64,000 bases of DNA, taken from the human T2T-CHM13v2.0 reference genome, Homo sapiens. This document shows, in pieces, positions 45,340-59,921 of the stretch; the stretch's first letter is position 1; each line of letters opens with the position of its first letter. The DNA lies in the NCBI RefSeq assembly GCF_009914755.1, contig NC_060926.1, one strand, 5' to 3'. A program made the position numbers and the translations under genes. The notes under the pieces are model-generated. The model did not search any database and had not been told where the DNA came from. It saw only the letters and a program-made list of their open reading frames with translations.

Positions 45340-48300
45340 TTATAATATTTTCCAAGAGCATTATGTCCTCCATGCTGCAGCATATGACAGGATTTCCTTG
45401 CTTTTAAGTAAGATTCTGTTGTATGTATATACCAATTTTCAGAGATTTTCTATTTCGGATCCTTTGGTTTTAGGGAAAACATTGGAAAAGCCAAGTGAAT
45501 GGCTCATGGTCACATAGCCAGTCAGTGTTAAAAGCTGAGAATGGAGTGTGCCCTTCACTTCTCTTGAGTCTGTGTCTGGTGTACTTTCCATTATTTTAAT
45601 TAAGCAGATAAGACTGGTACACAAGAAGAGATAAGCAATGCTCTCATAGAGTGTATGATATGTGCTGGACGACGGAGGCTGACAGTGCTGGTGTAGAGTT
45701 TCTAAGAAGGAGCCATCATCCCAGCTGGGTAATCTGGGAAGCCTTCCTAGAGAAGGGAAGGCTTTGAGCTGGGCTTGAAGGATGAATGGACTTGGGACTA
45801 AAAGGTGAGGGGAGGGCCAAGAGCAGAGGCATGGAAAGCCCAAGACAGGTGGGGCACTGATCAGTTTGGGTGTAGCAGAGGGGACAGTTAGGAGGAAGAG
45901 ATGGGGACAGACATTTATTGAGGATCTGTCTTGTGTTGGGCACAGTATCTGGTCTTTGCCCATGCCATCTCAGTAGCCTGAGCATGGGAATGCCATCCTG
46001 GTCATGCACTTGTTTGAGGACATCACTTTCTCCCTACCCCTTGGGACTTATCTTCCTTACAGTAAAAGTCAGGTGTACTTTGATCCTGCCAGAAATTACC
46101 TGGTTTAAAATGGGGAGATAAAGCAAAGAGGGAAGGGTGTTTTATGGTGTCTGTAAAGAAGGTCTCAGAGGTAGCTATAGTATTTATTTTACAGTAATCT
46201 GGAGCCTGCCTCCTACTTACGAGGCAGCTGGCAGGCCTTGGCGCTCCTGAGTGACTGGGCTGTCCATGAATTATTCAGGGGCTGTGCCCAGCGAGTGGCT
46301 GCCTAGCAAAGTCCTATGGCAGGGAGGCTGTGCTATCTCAGTGAGAGATCAGCAGAAGCTCAGGTGCTGAGGAGGAAGAAATGACTGCACCCTTAAAATA
46401 TTTCACATTTTAACACACCAGGGCTGCACATGTTGTTCCATATCTCTGCAACTGGGTAATCGGTACCTGTTTTTCAAAGAGCAAGAAACACACCCCACAC
46501 CCCCAACTATATTACCTACACTCTCATGTTAGAATGGCACATGTCAGCAGGGATTTGGTTAGAAGCAACATTAAAATTGCATAGATAAGACCGAATAGGA
46601 ACAGAGAGTGTTTGTGTGGAAGAAATCCTGCTCTGATATTTTCTCAGCCAAGTAGAGAAATGTAGTTGTTGCTTAATTTAGAATGGTACTTACTGTAACT
46701 ATCAATAGCTGTTACTGTCACTAACCTGTCATTTGTTACATATTACACCCTTGTGTTTGTGTATGCATGTGTCCTAGTGTGTCTGATTTCCTCAGCTAGG
46801 TTGAAAGTCCCTGCAGAGAAGAAATCAGTTCTCACCATGTCATGGGTCCCTCCAATAGCCTATGCCCATGGATGGGGCTGAGAACGTGTCAGATGAGTTG
46901 ACTTGGGCTCTCTGTAGGGGAGGAGTATGTCTTGACGATGAGATTTGCATGTCCCTCACCTTTCTCTTTTCTCCTACCCTCTCCAAGTGCCTGCCCTACC
47001 TGCCCTTTTCACATTTTCTTTTCACAGCTCCTGGAAAAGGTAATATGGGTGTGAATATACTTGAGGGCAGGACCCAGAGGCCTATTTTCACAAAGAATAG
47101 ATTTGTATTTATTCCTTACCCATTTCTTTCTCATGAGCTCTGCTACCCAGGGAACAGTATCTTCTCACTGCCCCATATCACTCTTGTAAAACTCTGGCCT
47201 GGATGGCTCTGAACACCTGTGTGTGTCAGCTGTTCCCCTCCATGTTGGAGGTGAAAAGCAGAACCAAGAACTCTGGGCAAGAGCAGGCCTGGCCTCAACT
47301 GCATTCCTCAGATGTTCTTTTCCTTTTAACCACTCTACCTGCAACAGAGGAGCCCAGCCCTGGCTCTGGCTGCTGTTACATTCACAGGCATAGCACCACC
47401 TGTTTGGCAAAGCCAGGGCCTCTGGACCGGGGCATTCTTTTGTCTGTGCAGGGAAGCTTTGCATGTGTAGATAACAGACACGGTAAGAATGCAGGGATAA
47501 GGTTTGGCTGGGGTAGAAGATTCAATAAACTACATTCATTCCCCAGGACCTTGGGTGCTTGTTTCCAGTGTAACTTGCCGTTTTTCTCCTCAGCAGTGAT
47601 CTCAGGTGTTTTGTATTCAGGTCTGATATGACCAGTTAGGCAAGAAACAGGAAAAGGATATAAATGGAAACCAGCTTTGCCCTGTTATTTCAGATTCGGC
47701 TGTATACTTAGATGGTTTTATGGGTGTGGGGGGAATGGGGGGAAGGTGTAAAGAGAGGGAGAAAGAACCATCCATATCTTTCATGGAACAGAGATAATAA
47801 TTCCTATGGATAGAAAAATATCTTTTGTCCTCTCTTTTTTTTTCTTGTTATTTTGAGTCCTGAACTATCAAATCTGACAGCCCCACCTCAAATAAACATT
47901 GGCTTTTCTAAAATATAGGACTTCTGTAACTTGTTTCATAGTAAGTATTGTGTTCTGGTTATCTCTGAGGTGTCACTGCTATAAAATGTGATTCTGAGTA
48001 TGCCTTTCCCAGTGCATAATGGGCTGAGTTAAAGAGAAGGGAAGGGAGGGGTATCAGTACATCCCAGAGGGAGGACTGGTCCTGCCACTGAGAAATGCCC
48101 TTTGCCAAAAATCCAGAGGAGTGGTCACCCTTGTTCCCAGCCTAAGTTCTGTGATTCCACATGAAACGCAACATCGTGCAGCTGATAGCTTCCTTGGTGA
48201 AGTAAGAGATGGCCAAAAGTGGGATAGAATTAATTTTTGAAATTTCTCCTATGAGGAGATAAAGCCTAGCAATTATAGCCACGAGGACTGTACTATAATA

Positions 48301-48357
48301 GTATCTTTGTAGACATGTATCTCACTTAATTTATAAATTAATTGAGATAATTTATAA

Positions 48358-48760
<403 letters not shown>

Positions 48761-51700
48761 CCAGGTCTGCTTTTAACCACTTTTTCTCCTGTAGCTTCAC
48801 ATGTCCAAGCCCTGATTCAAATGCTTACATGGGCGGTACTCTGTAAGTTGAGAAGTGGTCTCACCCATGGTTTTCTAAGAGTAGTGTGAGTCGTGAGGGG
48901 AGGGGAAGTGCTCCTGACTGCTTCTAGCTGCCCAGGCCATGGGCCTTGAGTGGGAGGTGCCACTGGGGAGAAAGGAGATGTTCTAAAGAGGTGGCAGGCA
49001 GGTAGCAATGGCATAGAAATACCAGTGTCAAATGTGCTATGCCAGTAGGGCTTTTGAAAATTGTTCTTTTGGGGGGAAAAGGAGGCTTCATATAATTTCT
49101 TCTGTCTTTTCTTTTTTGCTGGATTTCATTGTGGTATGCTTGGTTAGTTGGTTGAGTTTTCTGGTTAGTGGGGAAATTTCCATTGAAAAAGGACTAGGTT
49201 TTTAACAGAGGCAGGTTTTAGGGAGAAAAGAAGGTGGCAACTAGTAGTTAGGGAGTGGGAGGCTCTTTGGGAGTTAGTGGAAAGAAAAGAATGATCTCAG
49301 TTAAGGATTCAAGAGTGGGAGAGGTGGGCAAGAGGTTCCTAGGAAGGGAGTGGGTGGGCCAGAGAGGTAAGACAGAAAGAGAACTAGAGAGATGAGATAG
49401 AAACATAATATAAACCAGTGCTTAGTGCAGCATAAATGCAGTGGCATGGTTTGGAGCCGCTTCTCTATCTGGCCACGCTAATGGAAGAGGATTATTTTAG
49501 CATTATTTTGGTTTCCTGTAAAGAAATGCTTAGGAGAAATTGGCTGTGGTCATCCAATGCCAAGGGACTTGACACCGATGAAGAATGAAAGACAGATGTG
49601 GAGATGGCAGTAGAAAGCAGCAGAGAATTTGACAAAACACAATCCTATATGAAACTTTGTTTTCTGTCCCTCCCTGTTCCCATCACTTCTTTCCCAGCTC
49701 TCGGATTGGTTTTTCAAATCCCAAGGTTGAATGTGTACAAATCCCATCACATTTTGTCATTTTGGACATCCTCTCCCAGACACACTGAGTCTTGATAGTG
49801 TCTGGATGTTCAGGAAATGAACATCTAAAGTTTACCCACTCAAGCTTGCTGTAATGCAGGAAAAGCATTCATCTTTCTTTCCCCTCAAGACTGTGTAAAG
49901 CCTCTTAGAACAAACAGAGGCTTAATCTTACCTTGCCACATGCTAAGTCATACAGAATCTTAGTGTACAGGTCCACCAAGTATGAGAAGAGGAACAAAAC
50001 CAAACAAGACCTAATAAAACCCACTCAGAACCACAGAACACTTCAAGCAGCAAGCTCTAGGTGAACTAGCAGAGCATGTGCCTAATCCTGACTCAAAACT
50101 AAATGTTGTAGAGGTTCGTGTAGAGGCCTGCTTGGGTTTTAGGTTAATCTTGATACCACTTACTGAGTTCTGTGATTTTTCAGAAAAGCTTAGAAACCCA
50201 TAGTAAGCTGGATATACTCTGAGCATATGGGAGAAACAGCAGAGGTGGGGAGATGGGGAGCACGCTGACTTGGTGGATCTGGGGTCCATGTGTTGGTTGT
50301 GCCACTCACCAGCTGGGGCCCTGGGCAAGGCACTGTATTTCTGTGAACCTCAGCTACCTTGGTTGCAAAATGGTGACCATACCTGCCTCACAGGGTTAGT
50401 CACTTGAGAAAATATATGTGGAAGCATTCTGTAAGCTACCAAGTGTGATGGTTCTGGTTATTACGGCCATTCAGTTTAAGTGGAGATTGATGATAACTGG
50501 GACTGCAGTTAGAAGTGGGACCTAAGCAGGGTGAACCCAAATCACTAATACATTTAATACTAAACATTCCAGAAGGAATTTTTTATGACCATAGATTCCA
50601 AACTGTTTGGTTTATAGACGAAGATTGAGAGGCCCAGAGAACATCAGAAACATGCTCAAGATTACATAGCTCCTTGGTACTCAGAAATTAGGGTAAGCCT
50701 GAGTCCCTGACTCTGGACTTGAGTCTTTCCACCAGCCCACAGCACTTTTGATCTGTTCCATCCATATCTTTGAGCCATCTTCCCACTGGCCTTTTCCTAC
50801 CTATGCCAACTTAGGGCTGAAACCTGTGCACAGAGGACATACTCAGTTGGGCCCTGCCTTGGAACATCTTCCCCTGAGTCTGATAACCCTCATTCACTAG
50901 TCTCATCTTCATAGCTTCTTCTTCGTCCTCCTCCTCCTCCTTTCTCGTTATTTTCTAACTCCCTGTAACCCAGCTTTTGCTTTTATTAACCCAGTTGACC
51001 TGCTAATTGGCACACCACATGCCTTTTCTCTAAGTTTTATTTTTTAGTTTGTTTGTTTTGCAACACTTAAGACCATCTACCCTCTTTCCTCTTTGAGTCT
51101 CTCTCCTTAGATTTTCATTCTGCAACTCCCTGGCATCTCCACTGGTTTTTCTTCTTTCTCCCAAACCCAGGCCTTCCCCAGGGCTCCATGCTTAGCCCCT
51201 TGCCTCTTACTTCCTTTCCTAGATTTAACCCCACAACTATCTCAACTCCCACCTCTGCACTCAGGACTGTATCTTCAGTTTTGAGCTCTAGTTCCACATC
51301 CCTGACTGCTCCAGACATGTCACCCAGTGGTATTGCAGGTAACTCAGATTCCACCTGTCTAGAAGGAAATGTGCACTTGTCCCCTGCACCCCTCTAGCCA
51401 GATGTAAAACCCTGAGAGTCTTCTTTGTCCCTTTCCTTTGATCCTCCCACATACAGTTAGTTACCAAAGTCCTTTGGATTAATTTTTACGTCAGCCCATT
51501 CTTTTTCATTTGATTGCTCCTTTGACCTGGACTGTTGCACTAACCACCCAGTTGACCTTGCTGCCTTCATTTCCTCTCCTTTCTGCCCATTCTTACATAC
51601 CACTTCCAGATTAATCATCTCTAGAGTCCAGCCCACACCCTCTACTCCCCTGGCTCAAAAGTCTCCAGTGGCTCCAGACCAGGCTTAGTTCTAACTTGCT

Positions 51701-53649
51701 TTTCGGGGCTTTCCTCCCAGCCTGACGGTTCCTTATCCTCCAGCCAAACTGCAGCACTTGCTGGTGCTGTTTCCTGGGCATCCATGCTTTTACTGTGCTG
51801 CTTGAGAGGAGGCTTCTCCCTTGTTCCAGCCTGTTGATGTCTACCTGTGTTTCAAGGTTTGATCAAAATGCCAGTCCCTCCTAGAGTTCTTCCCACCTAC
51901 CTTTCTCCAAAAGGCAGATGTGTCCTCCTTGTCCTCTGAATTCTTAGAGCTGTCCTCCCCTGGCCCTTACTATATTCTTTTGGTACTTTACTGTTTGCAC
52001 ATTTGTCCCATTTCCTTTGGCTAGCAACACTCCTGGTCACTTCTGAATCTTCTAAAACACCTGGCAGTGTGCCTTGCACACATTAAATACTGTAAATACA
52101 GAACAGTAAACACTGAAGAAATAAAGAATGAATACCTCTGGCCTTCCTTTACCTCCTCCCCACTTCTGAACTGGAGGTGGTCAGATGGGCCATCAGGGAT
52201 CTGTCTTATTCTTCCCTGGTCCCATCACACCAAATGGATTCCCATTTCTTACTTCTTATCCCCGTGGGGTTATTAAACCCTTCCCCAGTGTCCAAACCTT
52301 TCTAATACTTGCATGTGTTCACTCTGCCTGGTTCATTCAGTGTTGGCTTCACAGGATTGAGTGTGGCTACGTTCGTCCCAGCTCTACTGCCATCATATTA
52401 TGTGCAACCTGGTTAATTAAAAATTATTTCATGTACTAACCCATACTAGAGGGAGCTGAAAGGGAGATACTGAGTGGTGACTCCCTTTCTTCATTAAGTG
52501 GCCCAATGATTAAAACGTTATAAGTTGGCAAAGCACTTTGTAATCTCATTTTCAGTGCCATAGCTGGACACTTAGAGACTTATCATTTCACCAGTATACT
52601 TAGTTGTGAAAAAGGGCTTGTTAAAAAGATCTTCATTGAGACGGTTCCCAATTCAACTTCTCTTGTAGTCTTGATGTGGTGTGTGTGTGTGTGTTTGTGT
52701 GTGTGGGCGGGGGGTGATGAAAGGAGGGGTGCATTTTGAAGAATATACTCTTAATTTTGAAAGTATGATAATTTTTAGAACATTTCCACATCATCTCCTC
52801 AGTGACCCTGTGGAGGTGGGCATTAATTATTACTCAGTCTGACAGCTGAGGTTTAGAAAGAATCCAGGGTTTCTTCTAAGGTCATAGGGTAATTAAGAGG
52901 CTTGGCCAGGACTAGCAACTCAGGTCTTGGGAATCCTAGTCAAGTGCTTTTTCCAAGACCAAGTGTTTTGTAATGCTCTGCCTAGCCTCCCATCAGCATT
53001 GTGAATTGGCAGCACTTAGGGGCTTTAAAAAATGTTCTACATCTTAGATGATAAGAAATGTTGTCTTCTTCAGGTTGGGCCTGGCTTTCAAAAGCCAAAG
53101 GTTGACATGTGGAAGTATTAAAAACCTAGTTATGTGGCTGGAAGGAGTTGGGGGTTGTTCAGCGTTGAGCAGTTAGCTAGGCTCTGGGTTTAATTCTAAG
53201 CCTGGACAGGATGCAGTTACTTCAATTACAAGTGCCCTGGGGACTGAGGTGAACCTGGGGTGGGGGACCACGTCTTTACTACATATTGGGATCCCTGAGG
53301 AATGAAATTACCTTCTTCAGTGAGTATTGCTGTAGGGCTCCAAACTGGAAATGCCAAAAGTGTAATTTGTTGTCTGCCTGTTTAGGTAGTGAGGAAAAAG
53401 GGGGGACAGGAGGGTGGAGAGAGAGGGGGGAGATCTAGAGTCAATTTCCCAAGAATACATTTTGATCATTCTCTTTTCTATGTGGAAGATTTCATTTTTG
53501 GTTGAGATTGGTGGGAGAAGAAGCTGGGAAGGAGAGATTTAAAATTTTGGAGAACCACAAGTTTAGAGGCCTTGTTTTACAAATCAGAGTAGGAATTTGA
53601 GGGTAGTTTCGGTTCCCTCATCTCCCCTCCGGATCATAAACAACTCCAG

Positions 53650-55030
53650 GTCAGGGATCTCGGCGGTGTTTACCTGTGTACCTTTTTCCCACAATGCCTT
53701 GCAAATCGGTGCTCCCATAAATCTTCCTTGCGTCGAATTCCTATCATAGGCCCGTGTTATTCCAGGAAACCACCGCCTTCATATCCCCTGATGGCAGCGT
53801 AAGTCAGCCGAGATTCTTCACTGAGCCCGAACTTACACCTCCCCTGGCTGTGGCGCTGCACAGCGCCCTGAGAGTGACTTTGTCTGACTTCTTCCCGGTG
53901 GCTCGCCGGGCCGCCGCCGCGTGGTTGGCGCCAGCGCACTGGGGCAGTCGCGCGCGCCCAGGTGCGGGCCGCGTTACCTCAGCAGACGCTAGAGAGTGAA
54001 TGAGCCGCGCGGGCCCGGGACCCTTGGGGCTCTTCACTCTCCAGGCCGTCCCGTGGGCGCGCTAGCCTTTTCAAGTGATAGTAATCGGAGACTTTTCCGT
54101 TACATGAGGCTCAACAAAAGATTGTAATTCCAGCAGCTCTGTTTGGGAAGGCACTACCGCGGCGAGTCCAGGGCCCGGCCGGGGGTCGGCGGCTGCCGGG
54201 CGGCTGGGGCGACCGCGGACCGTGCGGGACCGGTAGGGGGTCGCGGGCCGGCTAGGCTCCCCCGCGCCCCTCCTCGTGGTATAGCCTGCATTTCTAATAC
54301 AATGCTGTTATGCTAATCAGGTGACATCACCGCCCAGCACACGGCGAGTGGCTCCTGATAAAATTACAAACCGGCGGCCGCCGCGGGCAGCTGGGAGGAG
54401 GTGTGCGCGCTGCGCCCGCGAGCTCCCGGGCTCGGCAACCGTGGCATGCTTAGGATTGGCCATATTTAAAAGTTCTGAAGTAGAACCTGCGCCTCCTCTC
54501 TGCTTCTCCCTCCTCCTCAGTAATTTATTTCGAGCTTCCAGGCAAGGGCCACGGAAGAAGGGAAAGCAAGAAATTAGATGCCTGTGTGGTAACTCCTCGC
54601 GGAGCTAAGGTGGACTCTCTTGCAGCCAACTTCCCATCAGATCACCCTGCTGGACTTGCAGACCGGAATGGGGCTCGCCTAAGGAGCCGAGCGCTGCGGA
54701 GGCTGCTGCGTGTTGGATGGGAGTGGGAGGGGGCTGGAGCGAGATTTCCAGGGCGCAGTCCTCCGGGGCGTTACGCCGGGCATAATGGAATTGCAGAGGA
54801 CGTCTAGTATCTCCGGGCCGCTGTCGCCGGCGTACACGGGGCAGGTGCCTTACAACTACAACCAGCTGGAAGGCAGATTCAAGCAGCTGCAAGGTAAGCC
54901 CCCTCCCAAAGGCCGGGCCTGTCCTGGGTGCCAACGGGGGTTCTTGGAGGCTTTATTTGTGACCCTAATGAAGACGGGCGGCTTCACAGCTCGGCCCCAG
55001 ACCCTGTGGTTGGCTGCGGGCACCCCATTC
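53650..55030 (+). promoter_or_regulatory. SPTBN1: CpG island / internal promoter of SPTBN1
   Basis: Sharp rise in GC and CpG density with no repeats; inverted CCAAT (ATTGG 54455-54459) and TATA-like TATTTAAA (54463-54470) upstream of the alternative exon. Confidence 0.88.
54785..54893 (+). CDS. SPTBN1: SPTBN1 alternative first coding exon, short/ELF-type N-terminus (MELQRTSSISGPLSPAYTGQVPYNYNQLEGRFKQLQ + 1 nt)
   Basis: Recognised alternative beta-II spectrin N-terminus. Strong Kozak ataATGg, donor AAG|GTAAGC at 54893/54894; 109 nt, phase 1 like the upstream exon; lies in a CpG island. Confidence 0.93.
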
Positions 55031-57148
55031 ACGACTTAGGGAAGGCAGTTGCTCATACTCCACTCCAGAAGAGCTACCATTTGGAGTCCCTGTCTCTCCA
55101 GCACCTTTTTGGCTTTCTAGGTTGTCAGATAACTGCTGCACACACATTTTCTTTACTTTTAGCTAACTTTACCTCCTAGTAGATCAGTGCTCATAGACTT
55201 ATTAGTATGCAGGTATTTGATTCCGGGTCGCCTCTGGCTCCCAGCCCCCAGCCTCTTACCTCTGGGAAGCTTTAAAGGTGTAAAGTGCCGTGCTCAGACC
55301 CAGTCCTGTAGAACAATAGCAAAGGGGAGGAGGGAGGGGTCTTTTTGTTCCTAAGCCTTTGGTAAATTACAGTTTTTTATTCAGAAGCTTAATTTTAATT
55401 TTTCTGATGTGTTGGGAAGAGCCTTCCCATCTATTTAGTGGGCTATATAATTTCTAATGAAAGCCGGTTATTGTCATTTCAACCCTATGGGTTGGATTAG
55501 TTGGATCAATTACAGGTTTCTTGGAGTCTTTTTAAGGCTCAGACAATTGAATGAGTCCAATATTTTACTGAACATATTTTTAGGGAGAGCAGAAGCCTGT
55601 GTGTGCACCAGTGTGCTGTTTTCCCTGCGGCCCCTGCACCCCTCAGCTGTCCCTGCCCAGCCAGCAGGCCCTGGCCAGCAGTGTCTCAGAGCTTATACAT
55701 GAAAAAAGGTTCCTAACTGAAAACAGAACTCCTTCCGTTTGGAAGCCCCTGGAGTCAGTAGTAGGCTGGGAATGGCTCTAGCACTGTAAAAAAGTAGTAT
55801 TCGAGGACTGTGTGTTTCTTATTTTAACCTCCTCAGTGCTGCAAATGTGGTTCCTGTGAGGAGGAGGAAGGAAGGAAGCCGCTCAGCCCTAGAATGTTTT
55901 TCATTGGGAAGAGGGGGGAGGATGTCTTTCATTCATTGGTTTATTTGTCTTGTGAAATAGTTGACAGTAATGACACTTCTCTGGAAAACGAGGCAGAACA
56001 GGACGTGATTTTAAACATTTGCTGGGCTGTGCCACATTCCTCTGGCAGTTAGCTCAGAGGAAGCTCCCTTCGCTCTGGGGAACGGTTCTGTGTCTCTTTG
56101 GTTCATTTCTCTTGAGCTCTTCGGCAGTCAAATTTGCTTTTTTGAAAACTTAAGCTGGGGGCGCTTGCAAGTAGTAAATAGAGGAGTTGGGGTGGGGGGG
56201 GGCGTTCATTATCTAGGTTTGTTAGGGGCCTCACGGTTTTCGGGTCGGAGAATCCACTGCGTGCTCCTCCTCTTCCCCTGGCCCGGACTCCCAGCTTCAT
56301 TGTGTCATCCCGCCTGGGGGAAAGCACCCACCGGGATCGTCAGCCCACTCCACCGCCAGCCTAGCCTGGAAGTCTCAGAAAAAAAGCAAAACTGGGAGAA
56401 AATAGAAGGTGTGAGGGAGGAGTGCACCCCTAGGCCCACCCATAACAAAAGGCTGTTATTCCGAAAGGGCTGAGGAAGGTTTTAAAACTGCTCGCCGAGA
56501 AGGGTGGAGCCTACACACAGGAAATGTCTTAACTGTCCTCTCTGGACAACGTAAAGTTTAAATTTAAAAAAAATCATGTGCCCCTGATATTTTACCTCAT
56601 ACGCTGTTTCTCAAGGAAATCCCTTCGAAAGGGGTAAGCTTCGTGTTTTGTGTGGTAGCTTTAAAAATAATTTTTTTTAGTGTGACCCTTGTCTCCTAAT
56701 TTAGCCCCAGTGACTTTCTTATTTTTAAATATTGTGGTTTAGGAGTTGCACAAGTTTAGTGTTGGTATTTCTGTAGCAGAAAACCACCCATGTTGAGGAA
56801 TTGAGAAAGGGTGAATTAACTTTCAAGTATGGTGGACCTCAGGAGAATTACACACATTTGTCAGCATCCTTCAGAACAAATGAACCGATTGCATTTTAAA
56901 CAATCCTAGGAGAATTTTGATTAAACACACACACACAAAACCTTTCTTTAATTCCCATCCCTGGTTTTGTGTTTTGTTTGGTATTTGTAGTTCTGATTAT
57001 CACATATTTTTGATAACATATAATTTCTATCTGCTGATTTAATTTTGTACATTCCTGCAAGGGTGCCTTTTTTTACTCTTCTGAGTATAATCTTTCCTAG
57101 CACATAATCTCTGAATATTGGCAAAATGCTCCTCTGAAACTGTATTGG

Positions 57149-57439
57149 GTTTTTTGTTTTCGTTTTAAGAGACAGAGTCTCACTCTGTTGCCCAGGCTCT
57201 AGTGCAGTGGCACAATCACGACTCAACAGCAGCCTTGAAGTCCTGGCTCAAGCCATCCTCCCACCTCAGCCTCCCAAGTAGCTGGGACTATACCATGTCT
57301 GGCTAATTTTTAAATTTTTTGTAGAGACAGAGTCTCACCATGTTGCTCAGGCTGGTGTTGAACTCCTGGCCTCAAATGATCCTCCCGCCTTCACTTCCCA
57401 AAGTGTTGGGATCACAGATGTGAGCTACCTTGCCAGTCC
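57149..57439 (-). mobile_element. AluJ-type element
   Basis: Antisense diverged Alu. Confidence 0.87.
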
Positions 57440-57657
57440 TGTACTGGGTTTAATGCCTCTGATATGAACTTATTTATGTATTGTCTGTGCCTGATAGTGC
57501 TATGATTTTTCTGGAGTTGTTTCTGCATTTTGGCTGGTTTCAAGTTACTTTCCACACTGGGTCCTAAAAATTTCAGGAGGTGTGCCATAGAATGAGATTT
57601 GGAGTTCTGGCTAAGGAGAATATAATTTTAAAATGAGTCTGGTCTATTTAGATAAAA

Positions 57658-57862
57658 TGGTTTATAGCGATTTATAGTTTATAAATTTATAGAGATATTA
57701 TAAATTTATAGTTTAAATATAGTTATATATAAATATAAATCGAGTTATATATTTATATATAAATATAGTTATATATAGTTTAAAATAAAAATAAGGATAG
57801 TCATAAATATATAGTTTATAGAGATTTATGGTTTGTAGAGATTTATAGTTTGTAGAGATTTG
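57658..57862. repeat. AT-rich low-complexity / degenerate tandem repeat
   Basis: Repeated agatttatagttt-like units and (TA)-rich palindromes. Confidence 0.8.
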
Positions 57863-58513
57863 TGGGTCAGTAAATAAGTGTGATTAAAAAAAAAACCTCA
57901 TTGAGATACAAGAGTGATGGCTTTATCACACGAAGCCTCCTGGCATAAGAAGACAAGCCCTTCAACCTCTGATGGCTGTAGCATTCACCACCAACACCCA
58001 ACACCCAACACACACACACCCACCCCTTCCTCTTTTTCTTTTTCAGATTTTCACCTGCAAAATTAAGTTATCACTTTCCTCAGAATCAGTTCATGTATCG
58101 TATAAAGTTGTATTTGATGTTTTTTTCTCTGTTAAATAAAAGAGGAATGTTGAAATACAGCAAAACCCAACCTCCCATATTTAGAGAACTGTGTAGTAAC
58201 AGAGGTGCAGGTTCATGATAACCATCTCTCCACTTCACATCAGCCAGCTTAACTCCTCATGAGAGAACACTCATCATGCCACTTTCCCCCTCAGAAACAG
58301 TTGCTTGTGCCATTGTGTAAATGAAGTTCCAGAGTCTAGCTTGGCCTTCAAAGATTCTCCGTAAAATGGCCCCACTCCACTTACTTCTTATTCTAATATA
58401 TTCCATTCAAATCTGGTAGGCAGGCCTACAGCTTTTTATAAAACCCATCCCTGGGTTTCACGCTTATCTTCTACATTTTGCCTCAAATGCCTACTCTTCC
58501 ATTTCATCTATAG

Positions 58514-58865
<352 letters not shown>

Positions 58866-59559
58866 TAGAAATGCTTACCATTTTTAAATACTATGCCTGC
58901 ATTCCAATTATTCCATAAAGTTTCTTCTTTCTTGTCAGGGTTACTGGGAAAAACGATTTTGTTGAGTGCTTACCATGTACCAGTCAGAGCTTTCTATATG
59001 GAATTTTGTCTGGTCTTTATAACATACCTGTGAAGTTTTAGAGGTGATAAGATAGAGGCAAATAACTCATCCAAGTTCACAGGCATTGTTGAGTTTAGGC
59101 TGCACGGTGTTCTGTAACTTTCTCCTTTCAGACTTCTAGATGTTCATATTTATATATATATTTTCTTTTAAATGAAAGAATGACAGTGTGAAATGCCCAC
59201 CCTAACCTGGTTCCCTCTCCTGCCAACCTGCCCCTGGAGAACTGATTCTATTGGCTCTGGCTGTGAAGTTGTAATGTAGACAGGATCTAGTTAAAAAGCA
59301 TCAAAATGAAGTTTTTCTGTCTGCTTTGCAGCCAGATGCTGACACTCCGCATCTGATCTTTCTGGAGAAGGTGCATTCTCTAGCTATTCTGGCTCAGTGC
59401 GTTTGCACCAGGAGAGGTATGAAGTGCTCTGTCTTCCTTGGGACATAGAGATTAAAGAATTTCAGGTCATGAAATGCATTACTACCAAGTTTATTACGTA
59501 TTGAGAGTTGTCTTGTTGAATTTCTTAATTTTTTAAATTTCTTAACTCTTAGAAAGTGA

Positions 59560-59921
<362 letters not shown>

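Noticed and set aside
45439-45963. 174-aa minus-strand ORF
   Set aside because: No recognisable domain or splice context; overlaps degenerate L2/MIR-like sequence and is probably a chance ORF.
54710-55039. 109-aa ORF as a novel protein
   Set aside because: It is the alternative SPTBN1 exon plus UTR and intron read-through past the GTAAGC donor.
57658-57862. AT-rich spaced repeats as a CRISPR-like or structured array
   Set aside because: Low-complexity degenerate tandem units without unique spacers, in a eukaryotic intron.
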